From an uncultured Actinomycetes bacterium (GTDB lineage: Bacteria; Actinomycetota; Thermoleophilia; UBA2241), in contig CAVYCN010000002.1 in assembly GCA_963767005.1 (NCBI GenBank), forward strand, positions 288,001 to 352,000: DNA of 64,000 bases, given 5' to 3'. Of this stretch, positions 20,198 through 28,110 are shown one piece after another. Made by a program: the position numbers and the translations under genes. The notes under the pieces were generated by a model. The model had not been told where the DNA came from, searched no databases, and worked only from the letters and a program-made list of their open reading frames with translations. The stretch's first letter is position 1. Each line of letters starts with the position of its first letter.

Positions 20198-21397
20198 TCA
20201 GCCGTGGGCGCTCACCGCCCCGGGCGCCGCGCCGGCAAAGGCGAGCCCGAGCTCGCCCGCGTTCACGACGCTGGGGGCGGCGCGGGGCAGGTCATAGCCC
20301 AGGAACGGCGCGACGTCGCCGCGCCACACCGGCCAGCCCGACAGCACACCGACGACATTCGCGGCGGCGAGCGTGGCCATGCCGCGTCTCGTCCAGCCGG
20401 TCGCCGAGCCTATATGAGGGACGGCGACGACGTTGTCGAGGGCGAGCAGGCCGGGGGCGATGCGCGGCTCGTCTTCAAAGACATCGAGGGCGGCAGTGAA
20501 GCCGGGATGGCTGCGGCAATGCTCGACGAGTGCGGCCTCGTCTATGAGCGGGCCGCGGGCCGTGTTCACCAGGATGGCGTCGTCCTTCATGGCGGCGAGA
20601 GCGGCGCGGTCGATCAGGTGGCGCGTGTCGGCCGTGAGCGAGAGATGCAGGCTGACCACGTCGGCGGCGCGCAGGAGCTCGTCGAGCGACGCCGCTCGGC
20701 GGCAGGTGACGGGCCTCTCACCGCGACCCGCGAGGAAGGCGCCGTAGGCGGCCACGGTCGACTCGAGCTCCGGGTCCGGCCGGGGATCGAGGTAGACGAC
20801 GTCCATCCTGTGCCCTTCGACCATCATGCGCGTGTAGGTGCGACCGATCCGCCCGGCGCCGATCACGCCGAGCGTCGTGCTCCAGAGCCGCTTGCCGAGC
20901 AGCAGCGACGGCAGCCACCCGGTGAAACGGTCCTCGCGCAGATACCGCTCGGCCTCGACGACGCGGCGCGCGGCGGCGAAGGTGAGCGCGACGGCGAGCT
21001 CGGCCGTGGTCTCGGTGAGGACGCCGGGCGTGTTGCCGATCGCGATGCCCAGGCGCGTCGCGGTCGCGAGGTCGACGTTGTCGTAGCCCACCGCGTAGAG
21101 GCTGAGGATGCGTCCGCCGGCGCGGCCGAGCGCCTCGACCAGCCCCGCGTCCCAGCGCTCGGTGAGCTGGGCGACGACCGCGTCGCAACGTCCTCCCACC
21201 AGCCGCGCGAGGTCATCGCCGTCGAGTGGCAGGTCGCTGCTGCAGACGTCCACGCGGTAGCCCGCGCCAGTCAGGAGCTCGAGCCAGCGGTCGCCCGGCA
21301 GCACTCGGGTCGTCACGACCCGGCGCGACCCCGCGGGGTTGTGGGTGACGCACGTGACGTCGCTCAAACCGCGGCTCTCCTGTCTCGGCCGGGCCAT
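20198..21397 (-). CDS. D-2-hydroxyacid dehydrogenase, hydroxypyruvate reductase/glycerate dehydrogenase (plant HPR1-like)
   Basis: AVGYDNVD, NTPGVLTETTAE, GAGRIG, RMMVEG, NTARG, LDVFEDEP, PHIGSA. Confidence 0.88.
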   Translation of the reverse strand: MARPRQESRGLSDVTCVTHNPAGSRRVVTTRVLPGDRWLELLTGAGYRVDVCSSDLPLDGDDLARLVGGRCDAVVAQLTERWDAGLVEALGRAGGRILSLYAVGYDNVDLATATRLGIAIGNTPGVLTETTAELAVALTFAAARRVVEAERYLREDRFTGWLPSLLLGKRLWSTTLGVIGAGRIGRTYTRMMVEGHRMDVVYLDPRPDPELESTVAAYGAFLAGRGERPVTCRRAASLDELLRAADVVSLHLSLTADTRHLIDRAALAAMKDDAILVNTARGPLIDEAALVEHCRSHPGFTAALDVFEDEPRIAPGLLALDNVVAVPHIGSATGWTRRGMATLAAANVVGVLSGWPVWRGDVAPFLGYDLPRAAPSVVNAGELGLAFAGAAPGAVSAHG

Positions 21398-21618
21398 CTC
21401 GCCGGGGCCGGCTCAAATCACTTCTGCACGCGATCGCGCGCAAGGCGTGGTTTGCCCGCTCGCGCCGGGCCCCACACGCGTGGCGTCGGCGGCGGCCGGC
21501 GCCTGCAGCGCCGCCTGCCCGGTCGACCCCTCGAAACGGTCGCGATCAGGGCTGGTCGGGGTCGATACTAGGGCATGTGGAGCCGGAAGAGAATCGGCGT
21601 TCTCTCAGAAATGCACAC

Positions 21619-21662
21619 TTGACACCCGCACACCGGTGCTATGATGTGTGCGACTGTGTGCG
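21619..21662 (+). promoter_or_regulatory. Candidate promoter and operator for the DeoR2-kinase-methyltransferase operon
   Basis: TTGACA 21619-21624; extended -10 TGcTATGAT (TATGAT 21640-21645, spacer only 15 nt); TGTGTGCG repeated at 21645 and 21655. Confidence 0.55.
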
Positions 21663-21716
21663 GAAACGGCGAAGGGCCACCGCTGCCGAACGTCGCCGCC
21701 GAGACGGGGGGAGCCG

Positions 21717-22508
21717 ATGTCGCTGCCAGGCCCTGAGGTACGAGAGATGATCCCGGCGCAACGCCGCGTGCGTATCGTGGAGTTCCTGCGCGACCAGCGC
21801 GCCGTGCGCGTGTCGTCGCTGTCCGAAGAGCTCGGCGTGTCGGAGATGACGATCCGCCGCGACCTCGAGCGCCTCGAGGCCGAGGGGCTGCTCACGCGCA
21901 CGCACGGGGGCGCCATCATCAAGCGGCACATGGCCGAGGAGCCCCAGTACCTCGACAACGTTGCGACGCACGCCGAGGAGAAGGAGCGCATCGCGCGCGC
22001 GGCCGCCGCGCTGATCGAGCCCGGCGAGACCGTCTTCCTGAGCTCTGGCACCACGGCGGCGCGCGTCCTGCGCCACGTGAGCCCTGAGCTCGAGGCGCGC
22101 GTCGTCACCCACAACGCCGGCGCGCTGACCGAGTGCCACGGCCTGCGGCTCGAGCTGATCCTTCTCGGCGGCCGGTTCCGCGCGCGCTCCAACGTGCTCG
22201 ACGGGCCCGCCGCCGTGGAGTTCGTGAGCCGTTTCCATGCCGCCCGCATGCTGATCGGCGTCGACGGGTTCGACCTGCGTGAGGGCCTGACGACGCCGTC
22301 GCTCGGCATCGCCGGCATCGAGCGTGCCATGATCGCCCACACCCGCGGCGAGGTCGTCGTGCTGGCCGACCGCAGCAAGATCGGCGTGGTGGCCGACGTC
22401 GTCATCTGTGGCCTCGACCAGGCCGACGTGGTCATCTGCGACGACGGCGTCGACGACGGCGTGCGCGAGGACATGCGCCGCCTGGGCCTGCGCTGCATGG
22501 TCGTATGA
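21717..22508 (+). CDS. DeoR/GlpR-family transcriptional regulator 2
   Basis: LGVSEMTIRRDL...RTHGGA; SGTT; LADRSKIG; paralogue of 14419-15201. Confidence 0.92.
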   Translation: MSLPGPEVREMIPAQRRVRIVEFLRDQRAVRVSSLSEELGVSEMTIRRDLERLEAEGLLTRTHGGAIIKRHMAEEPQYLDNVATHAEEKERIARAAAALIEPGETVFLSSGTTAARVLRHVSPELEARVVTHNAGALTECHGLRLELILLGGRFRARSNVLDGPAAVEFVSRFHAARMLIGVDGFDLREGLTTPSLGIAGIERAMIAHTRGEVVVLADRSKIGVVADVVICGLDQADVVICDDGVDDGVREDMRRLGLRCMVV

Positions 22509-22574
22509 GTCGTCCCGCACGAGTGCCGGCGCGCCGCGCCGTGCGAGGCTGAGCGCCGACATCGGAGGGAAGCG

Positions 22575-23825
22575 TTGGACCCGGACAGGGCAAACGAGCT
22601 GCTCGAGGTGGCCGAGAGGCTGGCGGCCGACGCCGCCGCGCTGCGCGCCGAGCTCGACTACGAGTTCAAGACCGGTCAGCTCGCGGCGGTGGTCGCCGAC
22701 GACTACGACCTCGGCGAGGTCGTCGGCGTCGACCAGATCTTCGGCGGCTACTGCAACCTGAGCTTCGCCGTGCGTACGCGCACGGCCGCGGGCGAGCAGC
22801 GCTACTTCGTGCGCAAGTACGGTCGCTCGATCACCGAACGCGAGATCCGCTTCGAGCACGCGCTCGTGCACCACATCGACGGGCAGGGCCTGCATCTGGC
22901 CGCGCGCGTGTACACCAACAAGGCCGGTGGCACCTACGTCGTGCGCGACGAGCTCCACGGTGGTGAGCGCGAGACCAGGTACTTCGCGGTCTACGAGATG
23001 CTCGGCGGGCTCGACAAGTACACCTGGGTGAAGAACCGCCTGACCGACGTCGAGTTCGACAGCGCTGCTCGCGTCCTCGCCCAGTTCCACTATCTGGCCC
23101 ACGACTTCGACCCCGGTGACCTGGGCCGCAACCAGCCGCCGATCATGCAGCTCCTGCGCGACCTGCGCCCGGCCTTTGCGCGCTACGCCGAGCAGGCGAA
23201 GGCCGGTGGGAGCATCGTCGACGACTACTACCTGCACTGGCTACCCACCATCGACGAGGCCCTGCGCCGCGGCGCCGAACAGGAGGCCGACCTGCAGGGG
23301 ATGCCCTACATCCCGGTGCACTGCGACTATCACCCCGGCAACCTCAAGTGGGTCGACGGCGACGTGCCGGCCGGCGCCTCGCGTTGCTGCGGCCTCTTCG
23401 ACTTCGACTGGTCCAAGCTCGACTATCGCATCTTCGACGTGGCCGAGGGCATCGTGTACTTCTGCAGCTCCTGGGAGGGGCACGACAGCGGCGAGCTGTG
23501 GCTCGACAAGGCGGCGATCTTCCTGCGCGCCTACCAGGACGAGGCCGCGCGCTTCGACACGCCCGGGCCGCTGTCGGCAGCCGAGCTCGCGGCTCTGCCG
23601 CGCATGATCGCGAGCGCCAACCTGTACGTGCTCAACTGGGACGTGAGCGCCTACTACGAGGCCGAGGACGAGTTAAACGACGACGAGTACCTCATGTACC
23701 TCAAGCATCAGGTCATGTTGATGGAGTTCATCGAGGCTCACCTCGACGAGCTGTCGCGCCTGGCGGAGCCGCAGGAGGCAGCGGCGCGACCGTCGGGCCT
23801 CGACCACGAGAAGGAGAGGGGCTGA
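22575..23825 (+). CDS. APH/choline-kinase-fold phosphotransferase (type II homoserine kinase-like)
   Basis: LAQFH, VHCDYHPGN, GLFDFDW, FDVA; TTG start after GGAGG. Confidence 0.8.
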   Translation: MDPDRANELLEVAERLAADAAALRAELDYEFKTGQLAAVVADDYDLGEVVGVDQIFGGYCNLSFAVRTRTAAGEQRYFVRKYGRSITEREIRFEHALVHHIDGQGLHLAARVYTNKAGGTYVVRDELHGGERETRYFAVYEMLGGLDKYTWVKNRLTDVEFDSAARVLAQFHYLAHDFDPGDLGRNQPPIMQLLRDLRPAFARYAEQAKAGGSIVDDYYLHWLPTIDEALRRGAEQEADLQGMPYIPVHCDYHPGNLKWVDGDVPAGASRCCGLFDFDWSKLDYRIFDVAEGIVYFCSSWEGHDSGELWLDKAAIFLRAYQDEAARFDTPGPLSAAELAALPRMIASANLYVLNWDVSAYYEAEDELNDDEYLMYLKHQVMLMEFIEAHLDELSRLAEPQEAAARPSGLDHEKERG

Positions 23826-23830
23826 TCCGC

Positions 23831-25282
23831 ATGGGATTCGCCGAGCTGCTCACGCCGCAGGAGGTCCGCCGCACGCACGAGGCGTCGCTCGAGGTACTCG
23901 AGGCCGTCGGCATCCTGGCGCACAACCCGCGGGCCCGCGACGTCTTCGCCAGGCACGGCTGCACGGTCGACGCCGAGACCGGCGTCGTGCGGCTCCCGGC
24001 CGACGTGGTCGAGCGCTACCGCGCGCTCGCGCCGTCGAGCTTCACGTTCCGGGGCCGCGACCCGAAGTTCGACCGCACCATCCCCGACGACGGCCCGATC
24101 GTCGTCACGGGCTCGTCGGCGCCCAACGTCGTCGACCCGGCGAGCGGCGTGGAACGGCGCGCGACGTCGGCCGACATCGCCACGATCGCGCACCTGATCA
24201 ACGAGCTGCCGGGCTTCGACGTCTTCTCGATCTCGACCCTGGCCGACGACGCGCCAGAGGGCCAGTTCAGCCTGAGCCGCTTCTACCCGGCCCTCAAGAA
24301 CTGTCTCAAGCCGGTGCGCAGCAACACGCCCAACATGGAGGACCTGCGTCAGGTGGTCGAGCTCGGCGAGATCATCGCCGGCGGCCCCGACGCGTACCGC
24401 GAGCGACCCGTCATCAACCACCACTACTGCCCGATGGTGAGCCCGCTCACCATGGACGTCGAGTCGACCGAGGCCGTCCTGTGGCTGACCGAGCGCGGCC
24501 TGCCGGTGTACACGACGGTCGTACCCAACGCCGGCCTGACCGCGCCGATGACCATGATGGGCTGCCTTGTCGTGGGCAACGCCGAGTTCCTCGCCATCAC
24601 CGTGTTCCAGCAGATGGTGAAAGAGGCGACGCCGGTCATCTACGCCAGCCTGCCGACCGTGGCCGACATGCGCACCGGCGCCTACGCGCCGGGCGCGATC
24701 GAGACCGGCATGCTGCTCGCCGCCCAGGCCCAGCTCGCGCGCTTCTACGACGTGCCGGCGGGCGGCTACATCGGGCTCACCAACGCCCACAGCAACGACG
24801 CCCAGGCGGGCTTCGAGACCGGCATGAACACCGTCCTCGGCGTGGCGGCCGGCGCGACCCTGCTTAACATGGGCGGTCTGTTCAGCTCGCTCATGGCGTT
24901 CGACTTCGCCAAGTGCGTGATCGACAACGAGATCGCCCTCATGGACAAGCGCGTCTGGCGCGGCCTCGAGTTCAGCGAGGAGAACCTGGCGCTCGCCGAG
25001 ATCGCGGCCGTCGGACCGGGCGGCAGCTACATGGGCCGCCAGCACACCAAGCAGCGCATGAAGACCACCGCCGTCCTGCCGCGCCTGGCCAACCGCGAGA
25101 TGCGGGCCCAGTGGGAGGACGCCGGGCGTCCCGACATCCACAGCCGGGCGCTGGCCGAGGCGCGCCGCATCCTGGCCGAGCCCAACCCGGCCGTGTGGGA
25201 CGCGTCGCTCGACGCGGCCGTCCGGGCGCGGTTCCCGGGCATCGTCGCCGGCGACGCCGTGCCGCTCGAGGCGCGGGTGTAG
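23831..25282 (+). CDS. MttB-superfamily methyltransferase, non-pyrrolysine
   Basis: HEASLEVLEAVG, SPL, TAPMT, DMRTG, DAQAGFE, VIDNEI, VGPGGSY; Leu (CTC 24776-24778) at the Pyl-equivalent position. Confidence 0.9.
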   Translation: MGFAELLTPQEVRRTHEASLEVLEAVGILAHNPRARDVFARHGCTVDAETGVVRLPADVVERYRALAPSSFTFRGRDPKFDRTIPDDGPIVVTGSSAPNVVDPASGVERRATSADIATIAHLINELPGFDVFSISTLADDAPEGQFSLSRFYPALKNCLKPVRSNTPNMEDLRQVVELGEIIAGGPDAYRERPVINHHYCPMVSPLTMDVESTEAVLWLTERGLPVYTTVVPNAGLTAPMTMMGCLVVGNAEFLAITVFQQMVKEATPVIYASLPTVADMRTGAYAPGAIETGMLLAAQAQLARFYDVPAGGYIGLTNAHSNDAQAGFETGMNTVLGVAAGATLLNMGGLFSSLMAFDFAKCVIDNEIALMDKRVWRGLEFSEENLALAEIAAVGPGGSYMGRQHTKQRMKTTAVLPRLANREMRAQWEDAGRPDIHSRALAEARRILAEPNPAVWDASLDAAVRARFPGIVAGDAVPLEARV

Positions 25283-25372
25283 CGAGCGCGCGGCGAGGAG
25301 CCTGCGAAGAGAAGCGACCGGCCGCGCACGAAGGCGGCCTGACCGGTCACCGTCAAGACCAAGGAGTAGCGC

Positions 25373-26020
25373 ATGGCGCACGAGGAGCTGTTCGAGCAGT
25401 TGAAGCACGCGATCATCGACCAGGACGAGGACGCCGTCCTCGCGGCCGTCGACAAGGGCCTGGCCGCCGGCGTCGAGCCGAAGACCCTGATCGACCAGGG
25501 CCTGCTGCCCGGCCTCAACGTCATCGGCGAGCAGTTCGAGGCCGAAGACATCTTCCTGCCCGAGCTGATGCAGGCGGCTCTGGCGTTCCAGGCGGCCATG
25601 GCCGTGCTCGAGCCGAAGATCAAGGAGAGCGGCAGCGAAGGTCCGAAGAAGGGCAAGATCGTGCTCGGCACGGTCAAGGGCGACCTGCATTCCATCGGCA
25701 AGAACATCCTCAAGCTGCTCTTCGAGACCTCGGGCTACGAGGTGTGGGACCTCGGCATCGACGTCGACCTGTTCAAGTTCGTCGACAAGGCCAAGGAGGT
25801 CGACGCCGACGTCATCGCCATGTCGGCCCTGCTCACCACCACCCTGGTCGGCCAGCGCGATGTGATCGAGGCGCTCAAGGGTCAGGGGACGCGCGAGAAG
25901 TACAAGGTCATCATCGGCGGCGGCGCTACCACCCAGGCGTGGGCCGACCAGATCGAGGCCGACGGCTGGGCCGGCACAGCCTACGAGGCCGTGAACCTCG
26001 TGGGCAGGCTGGTCTCGTGA
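25373..26020 (+). CDS. Methyltransferase cognate corrinoid (B12-binding) protein
   Basis: FLPEL, GTVKGDLHSIGKN (DxHxxG), SALLTTT, IIGGG. Confidence 0.94.
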   Translation: MAHEELFEQLKHAIIDQDEDAVLAAVDKGLAAGVEPKTLIDQGLLPGLNVIGEQFEAEDIFLPELMQAALAFQAAMAVLEPKIKESGSEGPKKGKIVLGTVKGDLHSIGKNILKLLFETSGYEVWDLGIDVDLFKFVDKAKEVDADVIAMSALLTTTLVGQRDVIEALKGQGTREKYKVIIGGGATTQAWADQIEADGWAGTAYEAVNLVGRLVS

Positions 26021-26108
26021 GGCAGTCCGCCGGCGGACGCGGCACGACGGTCACGGCCGTCGCGCGGCGCCGCCATGCTCCGTCGAACCCGACTTGCAGG
26101 AGAACGCC

Positions 26109-27491
26109 ATGATCGATCTGGTAGAGGTCTTCGAGCGCGCCGAGGTCGGCCCGCTCACCTCCGAGACCGACTACTACATGAAGCGCTTCGTCCCCAAGCT
26201 CGCCGAGGTCATCGCCCGGCACAACGTCAAGTGGGACAAGCAGACCATCATCAACTCAGACGACGCCCTCACCGACCGCGTCTTCGAGGCGGCCGTCGAC
26301 CTGCTCGCCGAGGCCGGCGCCTACTGCCCCGAGACCAACCGCGTCATGGAGTTCACGCGCGACGAGATCGTGACCGCCTGCGGCCAGTGCCCGACCGAGG
26401 CGACCTTCGGCGAGGGCCGCGAGCGCAAGGTCATGCGCGGCCGGCGCCCCGACACGACCGACGACCGCCCCTGGGTACACGTCGGCGGCGGCATCTACAC
26501 GACCGATGAGACGGTCTTCGTCGACACGGTCGAGAAGATGGCCTCGTGCAACATCGTCGACTCGGTCAGCGTGCCGTCGATCCTCCACCTGCGCGGCAAG
26601 GACGCCCGCGTGCGCTCGCCGCAGGAGGTGCTCTCTGCCTGCAAGACCGTGCGTCTCGCGCGTGAGGGCATCCGCCGCTCCGGCCGCGCCGGCCTGCCGA
26701 TCATCAACGGCATCTCGGCCGCCTCGCAGCCGGCCTCGATGTTCGCGGCCAGCTACCCCGACTTCGGGCTGCGCCCGAGCGACGGTTTTCTGATCGACTT
26801 TCTGTCGGAGCTCGTGGTGGGGTACGAGGCGCTGCAGAAGGTGGCCTTCTACAACAGCATCTCGGCCAACATCGGCTCGACCTCGACGCCGCTGTTCGGC
26901 GGCTACGCCGGCGGCGCCGAAGGCGTCGCCGTGACGGCCACCTGCTACATGATCATGGGCAACCTGATCTTCCGCGGCAGCTACCACTACAACGCGCCGC
27001 TGCACAGCAAGCTGCACCTGTCGTCGACGCGGCCGCTGATCTGGGCGATCGCCATGTCGAACGCCGCCATCGGCCGCAACATGGGCTACCCTATGGTGAA
27101 CCTGCCCTACCTGGGCGGCGGCTCGGGCACCAAGCAGTACCACTACGAGATGGCCTGCTACATGCTGGCCGTGGTCACCTCGGGCGGCAACGTCTTCTCG
27201 GGCCACCCGGCGATGGCCGTCCAGTCCGACTCGCTCGTGCCCGACGACCACAAGTTCCACGCCGAGATCGGCCTCGCCGCGAGCAAGCTCACCCGCGCCC
27301 AGGCCGAGCCGCTCGCGCAGCAGCTCTACCCGCTGTTCGGCGACAAGCTCAAGGACCCCGACAAAGGCCTGACCTTCCAGGAGGTCTACGACCCGCGCAC
27401 CAAGCAGATCGTGAACGCGCAGTACCAGAAGGCCATGGACGAGGTCCGCGGCGAGCTCGCCGGCATGGGCCTCGAGGTGGCCGTGTCCTGA
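26109..27491 (+). CDS. MtmB-family (monomethylamine:corrinoid methyltransferase-like) protein, non-pyrrolysine
   Basis: YCPETNRVMEF, FGEG, SP.EV, GRAGLP, PLFGGYAGG, G.TFQEVYD; no internal TAG. Confidence 0.85.
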   Translation: MIDLVEVFERAEVGPLTSETDYYMKRFVPKLAEVIARHNVKWDKQTIINSDDALTDRVFEAAVDLLAEAGAYCPETNRVMEFTRDEIVTACGQCPTEATFGEGRERKVMRGRRPDTTDDRPWVHVGGGIYTTDETVFVDTVEKMASCNIVDSVSVPSILHLRGKDARVRSPQEVLSACKTVRLAREGIRRSGRAGLPIINGISAASQPASMFAASYPDFGLRPSDGFLIDFLSELVVGYEALQKVAFYNSISANIGSTSTPLFGGYAGGAEGVAVTATCYMIMGNLIFRGSYHYNAPLHSKLHLSSTRPLIWAIAMSNAAIGRNMGYPMVNLPYLGGGSGTKQYHYEMACYMLAVVTSGGNVFSGHPAMAVQSDSLVPDDHKFHAEIGLAASKLTRAQAEPLAQQLYPLFGDKLKDPDKGLTFQEVYDPRTKQIVNAQYQKAMDEVRGELAGMGLEVAVS

Positions 27492-27561
27492 CGGAAGGGC
27501 GGCGGCCGGGCGGCGACGAGCGACATGGTCGTGGCTCGGGCCGGCGTGACGTCGCGGGGCG

Positions 27562-27609
27562 GACGGGACCGGCGCGGCGAGCCGTATGGCTCGCCGCGCC
27601 GGTCCCGTC
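27562..27609. terminator. Perfect 22-bp stem-loop after the methyltransferase operon
   Basis: GACGGGACCGGCGCGGCGAGCC-gtat-GGCTCGCCGCGCCGGTCCCGTC; no U-tract. Confidence 0.6.
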
Positions 27610-27769
27610 TCGCCAGCGGGCCCTGCGAGCACTAGACTAGGCAGGCGACGCGGCGCGCAGGCGCGGCGTCACAGCGGCGGCCGTGGGGCGTACGCCCCAA
27701 CGCCGGCACGCAAGCCACAGGAGAGCAACCAGCAGAAGACGGCCGGCAAGTGACGAGGTCTCCCGGTCG

Positions 27770-27935
27770 AAGGTCGCGCGAGAGACCGTCCGCTCGTCGG
27801 ACGGTCGCCGAAGGGGCAAGGCGGCGGCGCCGCCGAAACTCTCAGGCCAACGGAGCGCGGCCGGACGGGTCCCTGAACGCGCCCGCGAAGGGCGACCACG
27901 TGGACAGGGTGAAGCCAGACGCTTCGCCTCTGTCC
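27770..27935 (+). ncRNA. Glycine riboswitch (one clear aptamer plus a degenerate second domain)
   Basis: GAGAGACC...GGTCGCCGAAGGGGCAA...AAACTCTCAGGC; upstream of gcvT-glyA fusion. Confidence 0.85.
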
Positions 27936-28110
27936 ATTCTTCGTTTCGGGGGTGGACGGGGCGCACCGGGTCGCAGGCGACTGGGTGGTCGGGCGGCGGC
28001 GGACGGGTAAGGAGGAGGCCGATGACAGCCGCAGCCTCGAAGACGAAGATGCCGGTGGCGCGCACGGTGGCGCGCCCGAGGCGACGCTCGGCGCAGGGGG
28101 GGTGGGCACG

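Noticed and set aside
25280-25342. Possible Pyl read-through at the TAG ending the MttB homologue, and at other TAG stops
   Set aside because: These proteins are already full length and the downstream frames show no family similarity
27610-27770. tRNA-Pyl or another tRNA in island intergenic regions
   Set aside because: No cloverleaf or CUA anticodon arm recognisable by eye; a dedicated scan would be needed to exclude it fully
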